Source: Utricularia gibba
Taxonomy: Eukaryota; Plantae; Magnoliophyta
NCBI GenBank assembly: GCA_002189035.1
Contig: CM007991.1
Span: 2,418,001 to 2,482,000 of the forward strand
Reading direction: 5' to 3'
DNA length: 64,000 nt
Shown here: one piece after another, positions 31,701-44,639 of the stretch
How the letters are laid out: every line of letters begins with the position of its first letter
Numbering within the stretch: the first letter of the stretch is position 1
Notes under the pieces: generated by a model
Databases searched by the model: none
Told to the model about the DNA's origin: nothing
What the model saw: the letters and a program-made list of their open reading frames with translations, nothing else
Position numbers and translations under genes: made by a program

Positions 31701-34700
31701 GGAAAATCCAATTAGCAACCTAAGTCAAACACAATTTAATGACAGAATACATTGTACTCCAAAACACCTTTTAATTTGTCGAGATGCAAGTTTCTTCACA
31801 AAAGCTTCAGGAAAGCTTTCAAATCGCTTGTGAACCATTTCAATTGTTCGAATCTGAAAAATAATGCAAAATATACATTTACCAACAAAAAGGACTCATA
31901 AATGAATTCGGAATCAGCTTTTAATTGAATAAAATCAAACAACTGATGAGAGGATTACCTCCCCTAGGCGAGCTCTTGCTCCCATCACAGCACCATAAAT
32001 AGCAGACAACAGGGTATACCATATATGAATATCCATCAGATATACCTGAATTTTAAAGTCAATGAGAGAAAGGAACGACAAGCTGCTAACCAGTAAAAAG
32101 AACGGTGATGCTAAGATAGAACTAAATTATGAATGAGGATGTTGTTTAGTTTCTTCACAACATCTAATAATTTAACTGCCAACAATGCACATGATGAACA
32201 AAACTATGTCTACTTACTGCAACAACCGGTGCCCATAGACTAGCCACTGTCAGTGCATTACTATTACCTGCAGTGAAGATTGACAAGGAAAGAATAAGAA
32301 AGAAAGAAAAAATGGCCTTTACCAACAAGAGATATAACATAATTCCAAAACACATATAGGCACAAAAATACTAGGAAGAAAGCTATCCAACAACAGATAA
32401 TTTGCAAAAAAATAACAAAAACACATTGAAGACATAATTAAAGATGAGCATAAAGTGCAGCAGAGCTTGTTTGTGATGTTGCCATCAACACAATTGTTGC
32501 CACCTACTAACTCTGCCATCAAGTGAATACTAGGATATTGAAACTTACGTATGTGAATTCTCATTCAATATTCAAATATATAAATGAATGCAAAATAAGT
32601 TTCACTCAACAGAAATGAAGGCCCATCAATCCAACCCAAACCATAGTCAAGACAACAGCGGGAACAAATCCACACATCATAAATAATAAAGGCATCATTA
32701 GCAGAAAGTAAAGTAAAAAGATCATACGCCCGGATATCAAATCATGCCATGAATACCGGAGCCGCGGTAGATTCACAATAATCTGAGTTGGCTGGACCAG
32801 GGGTCTTATCTGCCATCATCACTAAGTCAGAGAGATGGCAATTGTGCTCCTAATACGGAAAAAAGTTTCAATATAGTAACTTGACTTGCCTGGAGAAAGT
32901 ACGCAAAAGAGAATTTGCATGCAAAAATCACCAGCCAATAGAACACATAGCTGCATGAGAAAAAAAAAATTAACATGCTATTGAAAAAGTATGTAGAAGC
33001 GATAAAGCTTAAAACTGGAAATAATACAATAAACATGGCAAAGTCACATATGTAGGTCTCGTGTACAAATATTGCAATGAAAACATAAAAATGGCTTGGT
33101 ATATGAGTCACCAGAAAGTAGCATGACTTCCAAGCCTGATCAAGCATTTCAGTTTGAAATGCAAGATATGTTTAGATTCAAAGCTTTACAAAAAGGCATG
33201 GTCAAAGTTACAAAACACCTTGAGGGGAGACTAAGGCTAGTAGAAAAGGAGAACAAAAAAAAGGGTTCAACTATTTGATTCTAATTGCAACACTACGGGT
33301 AAGTTGGCCATATTTCCAGCCATGACTTTCAATCCAACAGAAAAAACCTACATGGAAAAATACACTCAACAAGCCACCATTTTGACCAAGAATTGATATA
33401 ATTTAAAATCAGGTGGTATTCGACAGGGGAAACCTGATGTAGTCTGTAAATTTCTCAACAAGTCCACGACCAACAAAGTAGCGCTCCTGAAAGTTGAGCC
33501 CCATTATTGTACACATGAAATTATTTTTTTAGCTCAGTAAAAGTTCAACGGTTCTCAAATTTCTTTGAATCCTTTTTAACAGACACGACATCAGCTGGTC
33601 AATAGATCAGGATAAATGTTCAGCTAAGCACAGCCATGAAAATTCCTTCATACCTGATACATCCACTTGAAAAATTGGAAAAAGGATTGATCAGACATTT
33701 CTGAGAGCTTGTGACAGAAAGTGAATTTGAGGAGCAGGGAAAATGCTAAACACAGAATAGCATATACACCCAATAGCAGAACATAGATTCGGAAGTAGAG
33801 AGATTCGGTGACATTCCTGTGTCGATCCCTCAACATCATCCTATTCAATTTTTTTCATATGTTAAAGTAAGGTTCGTAGATCAAAGCAATCAAGTAAACA
33901 TAGATTGCAGATACTCACAAGTAAAGATATAACACAAATCCAGAGCTCAATCCCCACCAAAAGAACCTAATTACAAGCCTTGATATAGCCATACCACGTG
34001 CAGTTGTATAAGCCCCAAACGTCAGCAAAACATCCAAACAACCTTCATAAAACGGATGCATCAAATGAGTAATGCAATAGAACACTGCAATCCAGAAACA
34101 TGTTACATTGAAGTAAAGCAGTTACAGAGATCCCTTACTCTCCAAAAAATTCATAACAGCATACGTTGGCCCAACACTGAGAAGTGTTATAAATGTATTA
34201 AGATTAAGAGGTCCATCATTGAATGCAATAATGGCAAGCATCTGAAAAGGCAGAGCAGGTCAGCTAGGAAAATTAACCTAGTATATGAAATCTCGTCAGA
34301 TGCAAAACAGAGTACCTGAAACATGATTACCAAAAAGATCCACAAACGATGGAAACTTCGGTACAGGTGAAGAAACGTTCGATGCTCAACGAATGAACTT
34401 TTACCAGTCTACCAGAAAAGTTTCCCCATTTTCAATGGAGTAGTTAGGGAAATTTAAAAAAAAAACATTCCACTTTTTATAAACAAAAACCACTAGAAAA
34501 AGACCAACCCGTTTTCCCTTTCTAGGTTTCCGAAGAAAAGATGACTCCTTTTTCATAGGCCAACCCAAATCAAAGCAAGAAGGTGACCTGCATGTCTCAT
34601 ATAGAGTAAATATAGGATGAATGGATATCAATTATCCACACATAAATGAATAACAAACCAACCAGAAATACTCATTAAAGTCATCATAATTCCGCCATTC

Positions 34701-37700
34701 TGAATGTGCAGCTTTTCCATTGTTGTTTTTTAATGTTTCCTGCATAGAGAGAAAACAGAATAAATTAAAATTCGAAGTTATCATGCATTGCCATTCTTTG
34801 ATAACTACAAGCATTAGCACACCCAATACAAGTCAATCAAAATGAAAACCGTATTAAGAATCATGGCACAACTTCTTGCTTGAGAAAAAAATACAATTAC
34901 CCACTAAAAAAATAGCTATCACATAACCCAAATTGAAACAGCATTAGCAGGCATGAAAAGGCCCTGACCTCTTTCATTGTGTCATATATGGGCAGAATTA
35001 CTTGATCCAAAAAGGAAACAACAGAGCCCTGTTCACTTTTACAACTTTCAGCATGAGTTGCTTCACGTTGATCAAGAATTGAATCCAACTCTCTTGCCAT
35101 CTAAAAGGAAATGTTGAAAACATAGAAAGACAATACTTAATGCACACTTCTCTAACAACACAAAAATAACATAAGGCCCAGTAGTGTTTTCAATCATAAG
35201 AATAATGCACAACATACCCTGTGAAATATGTAGCATATACATTCTGGAAGGAATCGAACATTTGCAGCTTCACCCCATATGCAAAGGTACAGTGAAACAA
35301 AGAAAAGCTTCCTATCCCGGTTAATGGCCTCCAAGCTACATACAACATACTGGGAAATGTTAGTTAACTACTAGTAATATAAAGGATCATGATACCACAA
35401 GCATTACCTATTCCACACAGGCCGTATACATAGGTATCTACACCACTTAATGTAATTATCAAGGACCTTTAGAAAGACATCTCTGATAGCTTTTTCATCT
35501 AGTTTCTGTCAGGGAATACTAATATATATTAGGGAAATAAGCTTTCATTTATCACCCATATATCATCTTGATAACTTAATCATCCCACTCACGGGATCAG
35601 ATCCATTTGCAAGTCCAAGCCTTGATTGTGCATTGGCTAAAGTAAGAACAACGTGCTCTCGTTGATTCCTTATGTTGTCCTTCTGCAAGGGTAAAAACAA
35701 AAACTTACATATGCAAGTAAGCTTTCTACAAAAATGCTAACATGCTAGTAACATAAAAGTTCTGTTTTCTATTCAAAAGGATAAGGTGAACAGACCATTC
35801 ATGAATCCATCAAGTAAAAAGGGGGAGTTACAAGGAAAAAAACCTGAAATCCAAACACATATTCCAAAAGATCCAACATGTCCAAACTTCTTTGTCCATA
35901 AATCTCATAATCAGGTGGAAGTCGAGGGAAGTGGTCAGTGTATCTTATCGCTGATAGAGCACCCTTGACCTGCAGATGTCGCATGGCAATTTCACGCACA
36001 AAAAAAAAAAAAAAAGATGCTGAGGTAGTATCCGCAATAAGTACTGGGTGCATGAAAATCATGCAACAACAATCCTCTTTATGAGTAAACATGAATTCAA
36101 AAAAGAACCAGTGTCATTGAATTAGCAAGTCATACTTCTGGAAGATAACCAATGGCATTGGTTAGAGATGGTCCATCAAGAGGGACAATGTTATACGGAA
36201 TGAGATCGGCTGATATTGTATCACGAGACCTTTTAATCCTTATCAACTGGGGAAAAAAAAACAAGACACAAAAATTAGAGCAGCTATGCTCGATCCATTA
36301 TATCAAAATTAGAGCAGCTACATGCACGTGACATACTCATTCTGGTGCAAAGCATGAGCTTACGATGAGCTTCAAAAACGACCTACCTCTTCCATAATGA
36401 GCCTAACCACTCCATCAGGACGAGCATCTTTACTGAGAGCCTCCATCACCTCAACCAAAGCCCTCAGTGTAGCAAACACTCTTTTCATCTCTGACAATCT
36501 AAGTTCTAACCTGAAACATGGAGGAAGAATAACAAAGAATGTGAAGTACAAGCCAGAAGAAAATTATTAATCGACACATCAATAGTAATAAATACAAAAA
36601 AATGATAAACATAAGAGCCAAATATATCATAATAAAAAAAACCCATTACTGCTGGTTGTACAAGCAAATAAAGTGCAGCAATGCATGCCTACAAAAATCA
36701 CGCGCTAGATCCTATTTATTAGCTTAAACATCCAAGCAATGAGAGGAGAACCATGTCAGCCATTCAAAAGATGTCACAATTATACAACTACATGCCTCAG
36801 GTCATTGGCTTCATAACCAGAACTTGATAATTTTACAATGAAAAAACAAATAGACATTCTTATGCCCCGGATATTTGTTGGTATAACATGCAAGATCCAT
36901 TTTGAGAGAGCGCTAGAATTTTAATCATTTAATAGGCGCTGAAAAGCCTCAAACAAAAAGAAATATCGTTTTTCAAAGCAGACATGGCGGATTGACCTGG
37001 GTCAAAGAGACTTACTAAACTAGAGACTACATAGGACAAGCAAGGAAATGGAAAAAAAATGCAGCCTGTAATTTTTGAAAAACCCCCAAGTTGGAAGGAC
37101 AAGATGATATATGGAATAACAAATAGAAGCATCAAAAACATACTCCCCCATATTAGCACTAAACGTGCCGGACTCGCGCAATCTCTCTTCTTCCCTTTGG
37201 ATGTCATCCACTCTATGTCGCCTCTTATAATTAAGGTAAAACTCCCACAACCTCTCAATGTCACGATTACGATCAAATTGCCCCCCATCCTTTTTGGCAA
37301 GCTTTTGCTGCAGCACACAAATCAAAAGCCAAAAGAAGGCAATTTTAACATGAAAACTGCCGTTGGAAAATTACAACAAAAATGGCAGGCATTCCTCCAT
37401 GGTTATATAAAACAGACAAAATATTCCATCAAACCCATCTAATATACAACAAGTGTGATCCTACCAGCTTCAATCGTAGATCAAACCACCAAATTGGGAA
37501 AATTGTAGTGCAGCAAAATAAAGTATACGTTATAATTATCTGGAGGCTTTGAAACAAGCGCAAGCACTCATGTCCTGTTCACAAGAAAAGGCACTGTATC
37601 TACTATAAACATGGGCCACTGCATCTGCTTTCAGGACAATTTCTAAGCAACTGATCTTCAAAAAAACGGCTATACCTTAATAACTGACATTAAACCAGTC

Positions 37701-38287
37701 TTAAACTGCAGTACCCCTCGACCTTCGCTCTTAGGATCCAGGTTTTGAGCCATGGAATAAGCCTGCTCACATACTTCAAAAACAAAACGTGATATTTAAG
37801 ATCAAATAAACTTGAATACACTGAAAATTATTAACTGCATCTGTTCTTCTGCTAGTTACGATTGAATTAGTTAACTAATTAGTAACTGCATCTGTTCTTC
37901 TTATGTGATGAATAACTTGAAACTCAGAAGAGCATAAATGCATGTTCATGTGATGTTAAACACGCGAAGCAGGACTTGGAAAAATGTAGAACTGTACGCC
38001 ATAGGACATTGAAAAATTCAGACGGTTCCAGCATGCGCAGCAAACAATACTGAGAGCACATAAAGAAAAAGTAGACTAGTGCTTGACTCACGTATCCTAG
38101 CAACATTGGGATCCTCCGACTGGATCTCGTCAGCAGCTTGCAAGATAGAATTGATGTCTGTTGATCTCTGGAGTGAATCCGGGACAGAGGCAGCGATGCC
38201 GCTGGGGGGCCGGGCATGGGCCTCCCGCGTGGCTCTTGTCAGCACAGCCTCCACCAACCTCTCCCAACTAGCAGGAGCCCTAGCCAT
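22796..38287 (-). CDS. CALS10: Callose synthase 10 (glucan synthase-like 8), many short exons
   Basis: The exons I checked read in frame with GT-AG ends: [18 protein letters not shown]|[121 protein letters not shown]. Not every exon was resolved. Confidence 0.95.
30331..30356 (+). repeat. (AAT)n microsatellite in a CALS10 intron
   Basis: aataataataataataataataataa. Confidence 0.9.
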
Positions 38288-38447
38288 GAGACTAAGGACA
38301 GAGGAAATGGGATTGGAAAGTAAAGCTTAACAAAGAAGATTCCAAAGCTACGCTACAAGTGAGAGCGTGCCAAGACTTGCATTTCCCCCATTCTTGGTTT
38401 TTCTTGTTTCGCTTGGAAATCTGAGAGCAACGCGCTATAATTTCCCT

Positions 38448-38563
38448 TGGGCCGTTTGAAAGTTTCTCCATGACGCGGTGTCTATTGGGCCCATTCATTT
38501 TAGCCCATTGAGCTTCTGTCCCTTACAGGTCATCACCAAGCCCATACAACATATAACAGCCCA
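38448..38563. promoter_or_regulatory. Site II cluster in the CALS10 promoter
   Basis: TGGGCC 38448, TGGGCCCA 38486, and AGCCCA at 38502, 38539 and 38558. Confidence 0.6.
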
Positions 38564-38826
38564 ATTTCGATTTGGAAACATCACCCGGTCCAATTAACCA
38601 ATTTGAATGATACAAGGAAAAAGTGAAATATCAAAATCTTTTTTATTTCATTTAATCCATTTACTGGGAGGAGTTGAAATGATGGTCGTCTACGAAAAGG
38701 GTAGAGTATTTAAAAACAGAAAGATATGGTTTTAAAATAAGGATGAATGATGAATGGCTATGGAGGTAATAGGGTTTGGATTATGGACTGGTGTTGAAAT
38801 AAAACCAGCTTTGAACATACATGCAT

Positions 38827-38852
38827 ACACACACACACACACACACACACAC
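38827..38852 (+). repeat. (AC)13 microsatellite
   Basis: Uninterrupted AC dinucleotide run. Confidence 0.95.
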
Positions 38853-38907
38853 ATACCTCCTCCAGTCCTAAACAACTCAACACACAAGAGAGTGAGAGTG
38901 AGAGTAA

Positions 38908-38945
38908 GGGGCGGGGGCGGGGCGGGGGGAATGTGGGGCCTGGGG
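38908..38945 (+). other. Putative G-quadruplex-forming sequence
   Basis: G4-C-G5-C-G4-C-G6-AATGT-G4-CCT-G4. Confidence 0.6.
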
Positions 38946-40148
38946 AAATAAAGGCAGAGCAGTTACCCATTTATTTTGGTCACATGCGGCTGCGGGAAGG
39001 GAAACCTAACGGGCTACCCCGTTACGCCTACAAGTAAAATAAGTAATCATCTTTGCTTTTAAAAAACAACATTAGAATCATTTTTGAATATAATAAGAGG
39101 AGAGGAGAGACGTTTTGAGGCGATGCTGTCTGTGTTGAGGCAGGAGAGAATGGCATCCCAGCCCGGGGGCCAGGTTGGCTGGCTGGCTGGCTGCCGGACT
39201 GGGAGTGACTTGAGGAATCATGTTCTAGGTTCGCTTCGCTTCAGTAGTGTGGCAAGGTCAGTGAGGGGCAGGAACTCCGTTGCCGGCGTGTGTCCGTACC
39301 GGTCAAAAAAAAGGTGCGCGACGGGTTTCGGAAGCAGAAGGCGTATAGGGCAGGGGGCCACGTGGGCGACGGCCTACGATGCGAGGGAGGGAGGGAGGGA
39401 GGGAGCAGTTAATGGCGCACCGAATTATCAGCTGCGGCGCATTCAAAGCCGGCTCGGGAATCAATCCTCTCTCCCCCTCCTCATTCATCTACTTGATAAC
39501 ATTTTACTGCGCCACCGATGCCCTCATTCTCCCCACTACCCTTTTAAAACACATGGTGCTTTCCTTTCCATTCCATTCCCAAGATGGGAGGGATCAAATG
39601 CCAATGCAAATGCAAATGCAAATGCAAAATAATATTCTTGTTTTTTGGGTCTGCAGCTACCTTCCATTCAGATGCGCTAATTTGGAATCTACGTGGACTT
39701 TTCAATTAATATTATTTACAAATAGTGCCTGGCTAACAGGGAGGGATGGATGGATTCACTAACAAAATCAGTGAGACAAGGTTGTTAATAAAACAAAACA
39801 TGTGATTAATGAGCCACGCCAGGCCAGGGCGGTCCAAGGCAAGGCTTGCAAGGGAAGGGGTAGGGGAGGACAACCAGGAAAGGATTAATAGCAGCGTTGC
39901 GTTGCCGTGAATAGTAAACCCGCGCTGCAGTTATTTCTTCCACCAGCCCTGTTTTCATCTTACTCCGAATCTCCCACTACACTCCACTCCACTTCCACTC
40001 GAATCGAATCGGACAACGGCTTTTAACGCCAGATGCATTTCATTTGTTGGTAGGTGACGACGCTCCTCTCCTCCTCCTCCTCTCCTCTCCTCTCCCTCTC
40101 TCTGTTCTGTTGTATAAATCATGCTCGCTCCCAAACTCCATCACGCCG

Positions 40149-41380
40149 ATGAAGGAGAATATGGCCAATGCCAATGCCGTCGCCATCGCCTGCATTGCCC
40201 TCCTCCTCTCCCTATCCTCCGTCGCCGCCGCGCCCCGCCGTCGCCCTTTCAACACCATTTACGCATTTGGCGACTCCTTCACCGATACTGGGAACACCCA
40301 CTCCAACGCCGGCCCCGCCGGATTCATGTTCGTCTCCAATCCCCCTACGGCCAGACATTCTTCCACCGCCCCACCAATCGCTACACCGACGGCCGCCTCG
40401 TGATCGACTTCGTCGCGCAGGCGCTCTCCCTCCCTTTCCTCCCCCCCTATCTCCACACCAAAACAGATCGGACGTCGTCCGCGGCCGGGGTCAACTTCGC
40501 CGTCGCTGGATCCACGGCTATAGTCCATAGTTTCTTCGTGAAGAACAATATGACCCTCAACATCACTCCCCAGTCGATTCATACTCAGCTGACATGGTTC
40601 GAGGAGTTTCTTACAAGTAAATGCGGCGACTCTGCTGAAGCGCAGCGGTGTAGGGCGAGGCTGTTTGAGGATTCCCTGATCTGGGCCGGCGAGATCGGAG
40701 CCAACGACTACGCTTACAGCGTCGGTTCCTCGATCCCAACTGAAACCATCAAAAAACTCGCTGTCAATAGCGTCACCGGTTTTCTGCAGGTGAACTTATC
40801 GCACTAGTACAACATTTTTTTTGGATCCACTGTCTGGAATTTCATATGATCCCTACCGATAATTCTGTTCGAATAAATGCAGGCAATCCTTGAAAAAGGT
40901 GCGAAATACCTCGTCGTACAGGGGTTGCCGCCAACAGGGTGCCTGACATTGTCTCTGTATCTGGCTCCTCCCAAAGACAGGGACTCGTATGGATGCGTGG
41001 CCAGCGTCAATAATCACACCGTGGCTCACAATTCCGCACTCAAAACCAGAATCACTGAATTACGCCAAAAATTCCCCGGAGCCACCATTGTTTACGCCGA
41101 CTACTACGAGGCTTACATGGCGGTGATGAAGAACCCTGCAGCCTACGGGATCAAGGAGCTTTACGCTGTTTGCTGCGGCCACGGCGGAGGGAAGTTGAAC
41201 TTCGATTTCTTCAACGTGTGTGGATCGAAATCGTCGACAGCGTGTGGCGCGCCGTCCCAATATGTCAACTGGGACGGTGTCCATCTCACGGAGGCGATGT
41301 ACAGAGCCACCGCCGCGGCGTTTCTTGACGGCAGCCGCACGCAGCCGCCGTTACCGGCGTTGTTTAATAGGAGACATTAG
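40149..41380 (+). CDS. Secreted GDSL esterase/lipase (At3g48460/SFAR4-like); exons 40149-40789 and 40883-41380; apparent 1-nt frameshift at 40341-40345
   Basis: Signal peptide and FGDSFTDTGN in one frame. PYGQTFFHRPTNRYTDGRLVIDF, NFAVAGST, GEIGANDY and YVNWDGVHLTEA in another. The frames join if the C5 run were C6 (SNPPYG). TATA-like TATAAAT near 40112. Confidence 0.88.
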
Positions 41381-41656
41381 ACCGATGCTCTCAGATGCTC
41401 CTCTCTTGATTTAAATTAAGATTTGAAATAATTATTATTACTACAAAAAGAAACCTCTTTCTGCTCATCTTGACAGCGATTGGTCGTATTTGAACGGGTT
41501 ACGTAAAAACATCCTAAAATCGCAGTAGAAAATTCGGGTATCATGGGATTTTAATTTCATATTTGTATTATTGAATTTAATTCACTTTTTTTTTGTTTTT
41601 CTATTTCCCATAATTTCTTAACCCCGAATTTATTATTTATTGCACCTCTAACCCAA

Positions 41657-41732
41657 TGGGCCGGAATGAGGTTGTAGACCCACATTTCGGCCCATGGTTC
41701 ACGAAACTAAACGCCCTTTAGCGTGCGGCCCA
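41657..41732. promoter_or_regulatory. Site II elements upstream of the PPR gene
   Basis: TGGGCC 41657, GGCCCA 41689, GGCCCA 41727. Confidence 0.55.
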
Positions 41733-42281
41733 GTTTCCCGAATTTAATTTTTTTATATTTTGTTTTTCTTTTTTTGTGTAGATTGAGGAAAATGGTGACA
41801 TTTCGATCTCGTTCCTCCCACCGCCTCCTCATTTCACAAAAAGCACGTTTTCTTTTCCGCTTTTGGGTTCCCGGATTGTTCCTTGTGATAGTCGGAAGAT
41901 TGGGCTGCTCCTCCGCAGTTGCAGTTTCTGGTGCCTTAATGCTTCTTTTATCGATTGTAAGAGCTATATGAAGTAAATCTAAGGCGAAAATTCTTTTATC
42001 GATGTTTATGTTCAAATTCTTTTCCAAGTCGCAAACATATAGTCATTCAATGCTGTTGCGTGTAGCATTATCGCTTTCAAGATATTTGAGTTATGAGAAA
42101 CTCGAAGCTTTCGTTTCCTAACGAGTGTAATTTGAAGCATTCTTGTCGCGGTTTTTTAATCTTATTAACATCCTTTTCCTTTGTTTTGTTGCACCAGTAT
42201 GGAGATCATGAGACTAGCAGGTATACTTGAAGGATTTGGACCGAAGGACGAAACTTGTAGCTGGGGAGATTCTGGACTTTT

Positions 42282-44639
42282 ATGGCGGTGTGTATAGCCA
42301 GGGTCCAGGCGGAGATTTGTCGTGTTGTTCATCGTTCGAAATATATTGTTAGTCGAGAGTTTATCTGTAGAAATGATTTCTTACAAAAGAGACTCCTATG
42401 CAGCAATAACAGTATCGAAACAGTTGAAGCTTCCCTTGTCACGATTTTCAGAAGAAGACCCGTTTCTGTGGAGTCCCATACGCTTCAAGGACTAGGCTCT
42501 AAGCTCACTGCCCATGTAGTCGAGACTGTTTTAAAATCCTTGATAAATTGGAGATCGGCACTTTTGTTCTTCGAATGGGCATCGAGGCAGAAAGATTACT
42601 TCCATAACTGTTATGCATTTAATGCTATGGCAGCAGTCCTTTGCAATGCCCGACAAAAAGCACAACTGAAGGCTCTTTCGGAAAATGCCTTGCATTCAAA
42701 ATGTTATTGGACGCCTGGTGCGTTTGGATATTTTTTAAGGTGCTTAGGTAGTCAAGACTTGATTGTTGAAGCTAATTATTTGTTTGATCAGGTGAGAATT
42801 CTTGGACTTTGTAATTTAAACAGCTACAGTTACAACTGTTTGTTGGAGGTTATCGCCAAGGCATCTGATGTTAGCTTGTTGGAGTATAGGTTGAGTGAGA
42901 GAAGAAGCCTTGGTTGGCCAGACGATAAGTATGCCCTGACTCCAGCTTTGCAATGCTATTGTAATGCTGGAATGTTTGATAAGGCAACTTTAGTTTTCAA
43001 TGAGTTGGCTGATAAGGGATATGTTGATCATCACATCCTAGCTATTCTTGTTCTTTCTTACAGCAAATCTGGAGAGGTTGAAAAGGCATTTTCGATTATT
43101 GAATGGTCGGAGGAGAATCTCAAAATCTCCTTGAACGAAAAGACCTTTTGTATTCTAATTCATGGATTCTCAAGAATGTGCAGAGTGGATAAGTCTCTAG
43201 AACTGTATTATAAGATGAAAAGACTTGGCTATCAACCAGATATAGCGGCATATGATGTCCTAATCAAAGGTTTGTGTGAGATAAATGATACAGCAACTGC
43301 CTGGGAGTTGCTTGAGCATATGAAAGAATCTGGAATTTCTCCAGACACTCAAATACTCTTTCATCTTCTACTGTGCATACGGAATGATGGACAACTTTTT
43401 CAGTTTGTTGAAGATATTTGGAAGGATTTGGATCCAGAGAAAGGTACGCTGCTCTGCAGTTCTATCGTGAAAGCTCTTCTTAGAGGTCGCCATGCTGAAA
43501 AAGCTTATCGCCTCTTGAAGGTAGTTTTTGGATCTGATGGAAATAAGATCTCTAAGGCCATGAAAATAAATTTGGAAATCCAAAAACACGGGACAAATCT
43601 TTATGAAATGGTCATTGATACCTTATGTAAGCATAATATGTTTGATATGGCCTTAGATCTGCTTCAGGATATGAGTAAGAATGGCTGCATGCGTAGTATT
43701 CTTCTTTTCAATGACATCATCAATTGTTTAAGCAGTGCTGACAGGTTGACTGAATGCTTTGATCTCCTAAATGAGATGAAGCAGACGGAATTCCGGCCAA
43801 CACATTTCACCTTTAACTGCATACTTGGCTGCTTATGTAGAAGAGGGGATGATGCAGGGTGTCTGGCTATTCTGAGGGAGATGCGCTCTTATGGCTATGA
43901 ACCTTGGATTAAGAATTGCGCTGCCCTTATGAAGAAGTTGTGTGAAAATGGAAGGTTAGTTGAAGCCTCATTTTTCCTTTCTGGCATGCCTGAATGTGGC
44001 TTCTTGCCTGATTTAATTGCATACTCTGTGGTTATTGATGGTTTCATATATAATGACAAATTGGACCTTGCCCTGAAGCTATTTAGTGATATTCGTGAAC
44101 GGGGATATCATCCTGATGTTGCTTCTTATAATATTATCATCAAAGGGCTTTGTAAGGCCAAAAGGATGATGCAAGCTGAGAAAACAGTGACCGAGATTAT
44201 CATTAATGGTCTCGTTCCATCGGTAGTTACCTATAATTCTCTAATTGATGGTTGGTGCAAAGATGGTGACACTTCTCGAGCTGTTCAGTTGTTTTACAAG
44301 ATGAGAGGGGAGGGTCTGGAGCCCAATGTCATCACTTTCACAAGTTTAGTGGATGGTTTGTGCAGTGCTGGAAAAGCAGATGAAGCTCTTCGTTTTTGGA
44401 ATAAAATGGAGGATAATCATTGTGGTGCAAATCAAATAGCTTATATGTCTCTTATTAATGGGCTTTGCAAGTGTGGGAAGCCGGATCTTGCCTTTCCGTA
44501 TTTACAGGAAATGGAAGAAAAAGGAATGGTACCTGACCTTTATGTTTACAGGGCTTTATTGGATTCTTTTGCATTTCTTTCAAACACATCCATGGTGAAT
44601 CAAGTACAAAAAAAGATTGCTATGCTTGGTTGGGCATGA
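42282..44639 (+). CDS. P-class PPR protein, At5g08310-like (putatively mitochondrial), intronless CDS
   Basis: 785-aa ORF of tandem 35-aa PPR motifs (e.g. PDVASYNIIIKGLCKAK, PSVVTYNSLIDGWCKDG, PNVITFTSLVDGLCSAG). PGAFGYFLRCLG and YGYEPWIK match the recalled At5g08310. Confidence 0.88.
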   Translation: MAVCIARVQAEICRVVHRSKYIVSREFICRNDFLQKRLLCSNNSIETVEASLVTIFRRRPVSVESHTLQGLGSKLTAHVVETVLKSLINWRSALLFFEWASRQKDYFHNCYAFNAMAAVLCNARQKAQLKALSENALHSKCYWTPGAFGYFLRCLGSQDLIVEANYLFDQVRILGLCNLNSYSYNCLLEVIAKASDVSLLEYRLSERRSLGWPDDKYALTPALQCYCNAGMFDKATLVFNELADKGYVDHHILAILVLSYSKSGEVEKAFSIIEWSEENLKISLNEKTFCILIHGFSRMCRVDKSLELYYKMKRLGYQPDIAAYDVLIKGLCEINDTATAWELLEHMKESGISPDTQILFHLLLCIRNDGQLFQFVEDIWKDLDPEKGTLLCSSIVKALLRGRHAEKAYRLLKVVFGSDGNKISKAMKINLEIQKHGTNLYEMVIDTLCKHNMFDMALDLLQDMSKNGCMRSILLFNDIINCLSSADRLTECFDLLNEMKQTEFRPTHFTFNCILGCLCRRGDDAGCLAILREMRSYGYEPWIKNCAALMKKLCENGRLVEASFFLSGMPECGFLPDLIAYSVVIDGFIYNDKLDLALKLFSDIRERGYHPDVASYNIIIKGLCKAKRMMQAEKTVTEIIINGLVPSVVTYNSLIDGWCKDGDTSRAVQLFYKMRGEGLEPNVITFTSLVDGLCSAGKADEALRFWNKMEDNHCGANQIAYMSLINGLCKCGKPDLAFPYLQEMEEKGMVPDLYVYRALLDSFAFLSNTSMVNQVQKKIAMLGWA

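Noticed and set aside
39084-39762. 182-aa and 127-aa overlapping plus-strand ORFs
   Set aside because: GC-rich, microsatellite-driven frames (NANANA, MQMQMQ) with no family resemblance. Reported instead as a regulatory block.
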